A model generated the notes under the pieces. That model saw only the letters and a program-made list of their open reading frames with translations. It did not search any database and was not told the origin of the DNA. The position numbers were made by a program, and so were the translations under genes. Below are positions 1-11,153 of a stretch of DNA of 25,551 bases, piece by piece (positions within the stretch are counted from its first letter, which is position 1; each line of letters opens with the position of its first letter). Source of the stretch: Tubiluchus corallicola (taxonomy: Eukaryota > Animalia > Priapulida). The stretch covers positions 1-25,551 of the forward strand of contig JAQGDQ010001789.1 of assembly GCA_030141605.1 (NCBI GenBank), written 5' to 3'.

Positions 1-190
1 CATCTTTCAACGGCTTCACACATATTTCGCTGGTGTCTCGTGTGGTTACGTAAGTGTGTGGGCGGGTTTGTACGTCTTTTAACGGCTTCACACATATTTC
101 GCTGGTGTCTCGTGTGGTTACGTAAGTGTGTGGACGAGTTTTTACATCTTTTAACGGCTTCACACATATTTCGCTGGTGTCTCGTGTGGT
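1..190. repeat. 72-bp tandem repeat, at least 2.6 copies, cut by the window edge
   Basis: aacggcttcacacatatttcgctggtgtctcgtgtggtt recurs at a 72-bp period. Confidence 0.9.
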
Positions 191-705
191 TCACGTATTT
201 CACACGTATGTGTCTTCGCATTTGCATTGAAAGATTATTATTACAATTGCTTCCATTCATTTTACGGTGTCTGTGATTGCAGTGTGTTTGAAGTATTTAG
301 GATCGTTGAAAGATGTGTGGAGCCAGTGGAATATGTGTGGAGTTCGTGAAAAATGTGTCTATTTGTCATATTGTGCCTAAAGACGTGTTGAGGCGCAGCC
401 AGATGTGTTCAGCCTTTGTTTTTGGAAGGTGGTAGAAGCATCTTGACCACACTTTGATGTCTGTATTGCGTTCTTCGAAGAAGTAACCTCCCACCATGGT
501 ATAGCAGATGAAGCCATGGAAAGCTGGCAATGAACCTGACAGTCACCCATTTATTTACTTACTAGACTTAGCATTGCTCAACTTCGGTTGCTAAGTACTG
601 CTTTTGCTACGGTTTAGTTTCAGCTGACCTATAAAGTTTTTCGAAGTTGAGGTGACTGCAATAAATAGAAGTATTTGATGATTAAACAGTCTGAAGAGTG
701 ATTTT

Positions 706-1100
706 TCTGATGAAGGAGCCATCTGGTGGGCAAATTAATAAACTACTTGTGCATTAATCTGTTTTAAGTCAAGTGCATTAAGTGTTTATTGTCCAGAATT
801 TCATGATTTAACATTTTATTATGATGAGGGAGCCACCTGGTAGGAAATTAATGAACTACTTGCATTAATTTGTTTTAAGTTAAGTTCATTAGGTGTTCAT
901 TATCCAGAATTTCATGATTTAACATTTTATTATTGGTCTGATGGATAAAACTACTGATGAGGGAGCCATCTGGTGAGCAAATTAATAAACTAGTTGCATT
1001 AATTTGTTTTAAGTTAAGTGCAGTAATTATTGTCCAGAATTTCATGGTTTGACATTTTATTATGATGACGGAGCCATCTTGTGAGCAAATTAATGAACTA
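706..1100. repeat. Degenerate ~110-130-bp tandem repeat, about 3.3 copies
   Basis: tgatgaNggagccaYct...caaattaat...tccagaatttcatg recurs near 716, 830, 963 and 1071. Confidence 0.85.
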
Positions 1101-1146
1101 TTTCAGACCAATGGTAAATGAAAGAGTTGTTTTTGTATATTTGTAG

Positions 1147-1231
1147 ATATTCGTGTACCGTGTTTGCCTACGGACAGACAGGATCCGGGAAGACTTACAC
1201 CATCACAGGTCCCGAGGACGTCTTTACTACT
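1147..1231 (+). CDS. KIF12: Kinesin exon with P-loop: (G)[28 protein letters not shown]
   Basis: Acceptor tttgtag, donor gtaagt; kinesin Walker A context [11 protein letters not shown]. Confidence 0.95.
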
Positions 1232-2645
1232 GTAAGTTTAAACACTTCTATCTGTGTAAAGTAAAAAGTGCAATCTTGACATCTGTTAGTGCTAGTTCTT
1301 TTCTAAGAATCACTCTGAGTTTGATTTTGTGGTACTGCAGCAGAGTAACTTCTTTTCTATTGCATAAGTTACTCCTAACATGACAGTTATTAAACATTCA
1401 GCTCCAGCATTAAAACATGCAAAGATTATGAAAGATACAGAACACTACAGGTTTTCACAATAATACAATCAGCATTTAGAGAAACGTCGCTGTTTCTCCC
1501 AAAATTATTGATCTTTTAAGCCACACGAAACCCTACACACACTGTTAAGTAACAACATTAGCCATTTTTCTACTAATAATAATAGTTGTAGTAATAGTTA
1601 TTAGTATGTAGTAACTAAGTCAGCTACGATGATCTATGACTAGGCAATTTTGTTGTACTTTAAAAACTTTTGTTAATTGTTTTGTTAATGTCGGTTGAGT
1701 TATTAATAATTAACAGTCATTGAACTCTAGAAGAATTTTGTGCCCTCTCACCCTTGTGCAAGCTTTCCTTTGGACTACACCAGGGAGGAAGAGAGGGAGT
1801 TCCTGTTGTCTGGGCAACTCAGGATCTCCATACACCTTGCCCAGACGTGCACCCTGGAGACGTTCAAGGATCGCACTGCTCAGCCACAGTCGACGCTGCA
1901 GCTCCAATGTGATCAACAACTGACTCTCTTGGCGCACACTCCATTGTCTTCCGAGACAGAAGGATGCCAACAACAACAATAGTAACAACACCAATTAACC
2001 CTTGTGCCTCGGGGCGATTGCCCCACGCACCCTTTCCCCACCCTGCCACACCTCTGGTTAACGGTAACATACTAATGTGTTTTTCTTAGTTTGACGAGGA
2101 GAGTCAGGAATTCTACGATGACACACACTGGGGTCTCATCCAGCGTTCATTCCTCTACCTGTTTGAACACCTGGAGAGAAAACCTGGGATCAGGTACATC
2201 ATCAATGCTTCCTACCTGGAAATTTATAACGAACAGGTAAGTCTGCTGTGAGGATGGAGAGCGTGAGGTGTTTAGTGATGTCTTTCCATCTCGACTTAAT
2301 TGTGTTTTTACTCATGAGTTAAAGACTCTTTGATGATTTTAACTGAAAAGTTTTGCTACTTTCTGCCTCCTCATTCAGATCTTGTTTTGTCAAAGGGTGA
2401 TGCTATTATGAAAGAAGGTGATGATGATGATGATGATGCTGAGGATGGTGATGATGATGATGATGATGATGCTGATGCTGATGCTATTCTGAAAGAAAGT
2501 GATGATGATAACTCTTTGATCATTTTAGTTTTATTTTAACTGAAAAGCTTTGGTACTTTCTGCCTCCTCATTCAGATCTTGTTTTGTCAAAGGGTGATGC
2601 TATTATGAAAGAAGGTGATGATGATGATGCTGATGCTGAGGATGG

Positions 2646-2698
<53 letters not shown>

Positions 2699-2791
2699 CT
2701 GATGCTGATGCTATTCTGAAAGAAGGTGATGATGATGATGATGATGACGATGGCAACAACGACGATGACATACATTATAATGATAGTGATA

Positions 2792-2830
<39 letters not shown>

Positions 2831-5800
2831 GTAGTATTGATAACGACGACGACGGCAATGACGATGAGGGTGACGATGATGATGATATGGATTATAAAGG
2901 TTGTGATGATGGTGATGATGATTATGATGATTGTAGTAATTTTGATGATGTTGACAGTGGTACTGATGACGACAGTGACGATGATGGTGGTGATGCTGAT
3001 GATGAAGATGATGATAATGATGATGATGAAGATGATGATGATGATGAAGATGATGATGATGATGATGCCGACTTAGTACTTTGTTGAAATATTGATTTTT
3101 GGTTTTCAGGTGTTAGATCTGCTTAACCCTGCCCAGAAGAGGTCGCTTTCCATTCGATGGTCGAAAGAGAGGGGTTTCTATGTGGAGAACCTCTTCATTG
3201 TCGAGTGCGAGACATTGGACGATCTCCTGGCAGTGCTGGAAGAAGGTTAGTTTTGGTATCGTTAGCACCGTGCATTACGGCGGGCCCACCAAAAATACGG
3301 TGGGCCCACCAAAAATACGATGGGCCCACCAAAAATACGGTGGGCCCACCAAAAATACGGTGGGCCCACCAAAAATACGCTGGGCCCAGCAAAAACATTG
3401 AGGGACAAATGTTTCTCTTTTTTCAAGTGGTGAAAGTTTTTCATATAAACAAAATGGTGAAAGCGAAAAGTGACAACTGTAAGAAACGCATAATGTAATG
3501 TAGGGAGAAGTTTGTATGTCGGTCTGTCTGTCCGTCAAGAATCAATTTGTAGAAGTGATGAGTTGTGCTAGAATCATGTGACTATAAGAAATGCAATATG
3601 TAATATAGGGAGAAGTTTGTATGACGGTCTGTCTGAATTTAAGATTTCTCCTCTTGCTTAAGTATTTAGGCATTTAGCCGCTTAATTACCGTGTTTCACT
3701 TTTCGTAACATATTGATGAAGAGTTAGTTGCAAATTTAAGATTTCTCCTCTTGCTCAAGTACATAAACATTTAAACGCTTAATTACCATGTTTTGCTTTT
3801 TGAAAGATATGATGTAGAGCTAGTGCAATTTTAAGATTTCTTCTCTTGCCTAAGTATTTTTAACCTTTAGCATTTAGCATTTAATCATGTAAGTGCTCAG
3901 TTACCATGTGTTTGCTTTTTGTAATTTATTGATGAAAACCTAGATGCACGTTTAAGATTTCTCCTCTTGCCTAAGTTTTCAACCGTTTAATTACCAAGTT
4001 TTGCTTTTTTAATTTATTGGTAGATATTAGGTTTCTCCTCTTGCTTAAGTATTCAACCACTTAATTACCATGTTTTGCATTTCGTAATTTGTTGATGAAA
4101 ACCTAGTTTCAAGTTTAAGATTTCTGCTCTTGCTTAAGTTTTTAACTGTTTAATTACCATGTTTTGCTTTTCGTAATTTGTTGATGAAGAGCTAACTGCG
4201 GATTGAAGATTTCTCCTCTTGCTTAAGCATTTAACATGTTCTAAATGACCTTCAGTGTAGAGCACAGCTAATAATTAAAAGGTTTCTTGTTGTCTCAGGG
4301 CTGAAGAACAGACAGACGAGATCTACAGCGTACAACGAATATTCGAGCCGAAGCCATAGCATGTTGACCTTGAGCATTGACATAACCCTGGAAGATCAGG
4401 ACGATAAGAATATGTACGTTACGAAACAGGGAAAGATTTGCTTCGTCGATCTCGCAGGTTTGTCTCCTCTTTCGAAATCTTCGATTCTAAGACGCCTCTG
4501 CCGTGTCCACGTTCCCTTCAAGGAAGATAAGCTCTGGTAATGAGCTACATTCTGGTCCTACCACAACTATCTACATTACGTAGGCTGTGCTATTGCAGGT
4601 AGGGTAGTGACTTGTTGTGTAGCGGTTTGTATAAGTGTTTACGTGAGCTACCCTACAGGAAACTCTCCTGTTTTGTTCAAACATCATTTGTTTCCAAGTA
4701 GTGAGAAGGTGCGGGAGAGTAAAGGACAGGGATCTCTTCCATTCTATTCAGATATTGTTTGTTTCTATGTAATGAGAAGGTGCGAGAGAGTAAAGGACCA
4801 GGGAACTCTTCCATTCTGTTCAAATATTGTTTGTTTCCACGTAGTGAGAAAAGTGCGGGAGAGTAAAGGACGGGGATCTTTCCATTCTGTTCAAATATTG
4901 TTTGTTTCCAAGTAGTGAGAAGGTGCGGGAGAGTAAAGGACAGGGATCTCTTCTATTCTATTCAAATATCGTTTGTTTCCAGGTAGTGAGAAGGTGCGGG
5001 AGAGTAAAGGACAAGGATCTCTTCCATTCTATTCAAATATCGTTTGTTTCCAGGTAGTGAGAAGGTGCAGGAGAGTAAAGGACAAGGATCTCTTCCATTC
5101 TATTCAAATATTGTTTATTTCCAGGTAGTGAGAAGGTGCGGGAGAGTAAAGGACAGGGAACTCTTAAATTCTATTCAAATATTGTTTATTTCCAGGTAGT
5201 GAGAAGATGCGAGAGAGCGAAGGACAGGGATCTCTTCCATTCTATTCAAATATTGTTTATTTCCAGGTAGTGAGAAGGTGCGGGAGAGTAAAGGACAAGG
5301 ATCTCTTCCATTCTATTCAAATATTGTTTATTTCCAGGTAGTGAGAAGGTGCGGGAGAGTAAAGGACAGGGAACTCTTAAATTCTATTCAAATATTGTTT
5401 ATTTCCAGGTAGTGAGAAGGTGCGGGAGAGTAAAGGACAGGGAACTCTTACAGAAGCAAATAACATTAACCGCAGTCTTCTAGTGTTAGGTAATGTTTAG
5501 CAGGGGTGAGGATTCTCTGCCAGAAAGAAAATTCGAATTGAATCGAATTTGTGACTTTGGAATTCGAATCGAACCAAAATTCCAGTATTTCGAATTCTAA
5601 TCAAATTCGTTATGAGATTGAATGATTATCGAACAAGTTTTCAAATCACCAGTAAAAATTATTCTGAGAAAGATCATGCCTATTGCTCGATTTTGTTCTG
5701 CAGTAAAACCACAAAATGATTCATTTAAAATTGTGCGTTGAAATCAGAGCTAAATTATTTCAATGATTTTAATGATAAAGTGCATATCTGATTGAAGTGC

Positions 5801-7073
5801 TGAATTATTTGAATCTATAGTTTTAGGTTCCAGTCGAATTTGAACTAAAAAAGTACATTCGAATTGAATTCGAACTAAAAAGCTCATTCGAATCGAATTC
5901 GAACATTCAATGCTTACCCCTAATGTTTACCGAATGTTTCCTCTGTACCTCAGTTATAAGACAACAATCATGGATTTTATTAAACAGCTTAACAAATTAA
6001 TTAATTAAATTAGTTAAACTAAAAAATGCCGCTATTAAAATTCAGAGAGGAAAAGAAGCCACACGTTTCAAACTACCGCTGTAGTTTATTTTTGTAACCG
6101 AGGGGGGGTAAAAATTAGCTCCACCATAATTCGTAAATTACTTTTGATAAACCGCCATGTTTCATTAGTAAACAGCAACAGCATAATTTGTGCTTATGCT
6201 GACTACCATAGGATACATTATACCTCTGCTTAAAGACATGTGACTTACTAGTAATACGAAATTTAAATTCACTTAGTTACGTTCCCTTATCTATGCTGGA
6301 ATAACTGTAGACAACCGACATAGCTAGCGCGTGTACAAAAATCATTGTTATTTTGAATTTATTGTCTACTACTTTCTTCTTTTAGGTGAAGTAATTTGAG
6401 TAACTGACATTTTGTTTTATTAGATACATCGCCTGTACAGTAAGAATAGACTATATTTGCATTTCATATCAGATAGAAACTACAGGAAGCATTTAGTACG
6501 TAATATAAAGTCATGTTTGCATTGGAATATTTTAGTTAGCAACATAGTTAAATTCATCTTTTCCGAATAATAACAACTTCAACAGATCATTAGTTCCTAA
6601 GGCAGTTTGTTATAGTATAAGTTATTTTGCTCATTTTTGCATACTGCCGTTTTTGCTGAGATCTTACGTGTAAGAAAGTTGCATTTTATATTGAAAAGCA
6701 TTTCTGGACACGGTCTTTCCAGGTAATTGTATATCCTGCTTGGGTGATTCCAAACGACGTTCGGGTCACATTCCTTACAGAGATAGCAAGCTAACGATGT
6801 TACTAGCGGACAGTCTTGGCGGAAACGGGGTGACTTTGATGATTGCATGCATCGCCCCGTCGTTGTCGAACGTGGCGGAAACGATAAGCACTCTTCGCTA
6901 TGCGAACAGGTAAGTTATCTTGAAGAGATTCTGTGTTACTTTGTGCGTGTTTCTCTTCCCCGATCCGGATGCGACAGTTACTGGATGTGTAACTATGGTT
7001 ACAATGATTTATGCTAAAAGAACTGCCAAACGTCATTGGCAAGAGAGAGAGAGAGAGACAAAGAGAGAAAGAG

Positions 7074-7132
<59 letters not shown>

Positions 7133-7229
7133 CGAGAGCGAGAGCGAGAGCGAGAGAGAGAGAGAGAGGGGGAGAAAGTGACAGAGAGAGAGAGAGTGAC
7201 AGAGAGAGTGGGAGAGAGAGAGAGAGAGT

Positions 7230-7262
<33 letters not shown>

Positions 7263-7784
7263 TGCAAACAGATTACTGCTGCATGGTTAGTTGTTACTTT
7301 TGACAAGGTGGAAGCTTCGTTGTTCTTATCGTATTTTTATATTTACAGAGCAAAGAAAATTAAAAGTAAACCGGTAGTGAAAATGGATCCGAAAGAGAAG
7401 ATGATTCTTAGTATCAAGCGCGAGCTGAATTTGCTTCGAAATGAGAACAAGTACTTGCGACAGCATGTAAGTGTTACTTTATGTTACTTTACTCTTACAT
7501 ACTTACCTAAGTGTTACCTTTATGTTACATACTTTATAGAGACATTTACACACTTCTGCAGCTGTTAATGCTGAATTTTGTTTTACGATTTAATGTAGAC
7601 AATTAACGTTTATGCGGCCATCTTGTTTTATCCCATTTTTTACAATTAATATTCATGTAGCTAATAGTGATAATTATAATGACAATGATGATAGTAATAA
7701 TATTAATAATAATAAAGTCATAATAATAATGTTGATGATGATAATAATAATAATAATCATAATGATAATAGTAATGATGATGAC

Positions 7785-7881
<97 letters not shown>

Positions 7882-10800
7882 GTAATAATAACAATGATAA
7901 GAAGAATCATTTTTATGTATTTTTTGGTTTGTTTACCTCAAAAGGCTGCCAGGCCTAGCTTGATTATTTACCTCAAAACTAGTTTTATATAATGTTTCCT
8001 TGTACGTCGTAATTTTTAATTGTTGTATGAATTGAGCGTGAAATTTTTCAGCTGGATTTCCCCACGACCGAACAGGTGGAAAAGCGTCGCGAGAAGAGGC
8101 AGGCTCTGGAGGCCGAGAAGCAGCTGCTGCCATCTGCAGATCCCAACATGAACTACTTGCCGAACACGATAGAAGCCGGACTGTACGAAATGTTGCAGGA
8201 GTACATGGTGGAAAATGAGAGTTTGAGGTTAGCATTCGCGCCACTAGTTCGCGCCACTGTTGCAGGCATGTCGCAATTCATTAATTAGACGAGCACTAGC
8301 GTCTGCTACATTTTGGCGAAGCCCATTGCTCAAAAAACAGGTGCTGTACCAGTATGAGAATGAAACAGCAAGGAGTAAGTATCGAACCAGTTAACCCGAC
8401 CACTTTGCTGGTCTCCCATCCAGTCACTATACTGTAACCACTAGGCTATTCGCTGCTGTAATTATTTTTAAGATTAACAAATAAAACAAAAATCACAGAC
8501 AGAATCTTAGATGTTAATTTTCGTTTCTTTATCTGATAAATGGATATTTCACCGTCCATTACGGGCTCCTTCCTCACTGTAAACATTAGCAATATGCAAC
8601 ACTCTTCGAAATGCTAAATCATTAGCAATGTGCAACGCTCTTCGAAATGCTAAGTCATTGAACAGCTCTAACGAAACTCTAACTCTACGTATTAGCATTA
8701 CAGAACTTTAAATGATAATTGTATGATTAATGATGAAATAAATAAACGAATAACATATTGATTATTTGTTTATTATTATTATATATATCTTTGACATTTG
8801 TTTATTAGAGCACAGAGCATATTTAGCATCTATGGTTTCGTTTATAACCTTCGTTTTGTTATTGTTTACGATAATGGATGTCATATCCGTAAAGTAAACA
8901 ACATGCATTTCTACTTACATCTGCTTACGACGATTTCAAGACAAGAAATCTTGTGATGTTGGTGTCAGGGATGTTACCGAAACTGAAATTACAAACCGGA
9001 ACCGAAACCAAAGTTTATGAAACCGAGGAAAACCGATACCGAAATGACAACGAACCGAAATCATTTTTGTAAAACAAACTACCATCAAAACTGTAAAAAT
9101 TATGAAATAAATGAAATAGTTTGTTTTTTTGCTTTTATTTGCTTTGATAGAAATTGATGAAATAGCTAAGAAAAAGTTTTAACGAAAAAAAGTAGAACAA
9201 TTTTTACGGTTAAAGTTCACGATGTTTCAAAAAATGGGCAAATTTTATTTCGTTGCTTATATTTCATAAATTCTAAAATGAAACTTACTTTTATTCAAAT
9301 TTGCTTTGATATTTCCGTTGATTTTGCTTGGAGACCTGAAATCTTCACAGTCGTTAGCACTGAAGATGTGCCACATTGCTGGCTTCAAACGGTACAAAAG
9401 TTAAATAAACGATACTTTCGCTTCATTTGAACTATTTTAGCCAAAATTTTTAACATGTAAATTAAAAGAAATGTATTCTGCTAAAATCTCGGAAAATGCT
9501 GCCGGATATTAATGAAAGTTTCGGTTGCGAAAGTTAATAATTTTCCAGGAAAACGAAACTGAACCAAAATCGGATTTTTGATTCGGCAACAACCCTGATG
9601 TTGGTCGAGCAACAACCCTGATGTTGGTCGAGCAACAACCCTGATGTTGGTCGAGCAACAACCCGGATGTTGATCGAGCAACAACCCCGATGTTGATCGA
9701 GCAACAACCCCGATGTTGGTCGAGCAACAACCCCGATGTTGGTCGAGCAACAACCCCGATGTTGGTTGAGCTACAACCCTGATGTTGGTCGAGCAACAAC
9801 CCTGATGTTGGTCGAGCAACAACCCTGATGTTGGTCGAGCAACAACCCTGATGTTGGTCGAGCAACAACCCTGATGTTGGTCGAGCAACAACCCTGATAT
9901 TGATCTAGCAACAACCCTGATGTTGGTCGAGCAACAACCCTGATGTTGATCGAGCAACCATTTCTTCTTTTTCTTCTTCCAGGATTGAAAACATTGACTT
10001 GAATCACAGTAAACTGAGGCTGACCATCGAGCATGAAGCTCTGAACCGAGAGAACGAGAGGCTCGTCCGGAAGCTGGAGAGCATCTCCAGGTAAGATGAG
10101 GACTGTTCTTGTTGCCTTGGCGCTTCATTCGTTTACTATCACCAGTATGAATAGGCAAACGGATTATGCATTCCTTTGTGTTTGTTTGTCTGTCTGTGTG
10201 TCGTGGAAATTTATAGATTAAAGCACAAGACAACACTCTTCGTTGATGAAGCTTAAAAATTTCTTTTTGAAATTTTCTATCACATGCATTTGTCTTATTG
10301 CATGCAGAGCTTGTGTTAGCAGTAACGCCGTTTAAAACTTGTAAGTTTAAATTCTTGTGATGATCATTTTAACAGTAAATAGTTTAGATAACATTGCGTA
10401 AAGGTTGAAAATGTAACTAGAATATTCGTTTAACATTTTTCGCTAAACAAAAATTCAAATTACTTTTAATTGTGGATAAAACCAGTAATGTCTTTTTTGG
10501 TGAATCAGTGGTGCACATTGGGATGGCGATGCAGTTCCATTTTACCAGGTGGCGTGAATGTTTTATATTAATAAGAATTTTCCAGACGGTTTAGTCTAGT
10601 GGTAAGAATGACCAGACGGTTTAGTCTAGTGGTAAGAATGACCAAACGGTTTAGTCTAGTGGTAAGAATGACCAAACGGTTTAGTCTAGTGGTAAGAATG
10701 ACCAAACGGTTTAGTCTAGTGGTAAGAATGACCAAACGGTTTAGTCTAGTGGTAAGAATGACCAAACGGTTTAGTCTAGTGGTAAATATGACCAAACGGT

Positions 10801-11072
10801 TTAGTCTAGTGGTAAGAATGACCAGACGGTTTAGTCTAGTGGTAATGCATCTACTTTCCGTCTGGGAGGTCGTGAGTTCGAACCAGCGGCCGGGTCATCC
10901 CAAAGACTTTAAAAATGGTACCTGCTTTGCGCTGCCTGACGCGTGGTATTTGGGGTAAAAGTGGGGTAATAATAGTCTCTCTTATGTAGTTGTAGGTTGT
11001 TATTTACAGTCGGCGATAATAGCTCTTTGAGCTAATGTCAATTGTTGACCCAAATGCCGACTGTAAGTAAAG

Positions 11073-11153
<81 letters not shown>

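Noticed and set aside
1107-1113. 7-nt micro-exon (tttcag ACCAATG gtaaat)
   Set aside because: The following intron would be only 33 nt, and nothing else supports it.
1710-2070. GC-richer island with several short ORFs, possibly a LINE 3' end (TLETFK plus a caa tail)
   Set aside because: Similarity too weak to call by eye; no clean exon structure; needs a repeat-library search.
2330-3087. Poly-Asp, poly-Met and poly-Ser ORFs
   Set aside because: (GAT)n microsatellite in an intron; the flanking exons join directly as YNEQ|VLDLL.
6803-7992. RE/SL-repeat and poly-Ile ORFs
   Set aside because: Translations of the (AG)n and (AAT)n microsatellites.
10825-10895. Genuine tRNA gene
   Set aside because: A and B boxes are present, but there is no convincing acceptor stem, and it continues into a SINE body and (TTA)n tail.
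9481-10958. Repetitive ORFs on both strands
   Set aside because: Produced by the 23-bp and 30-bp minisatellites.
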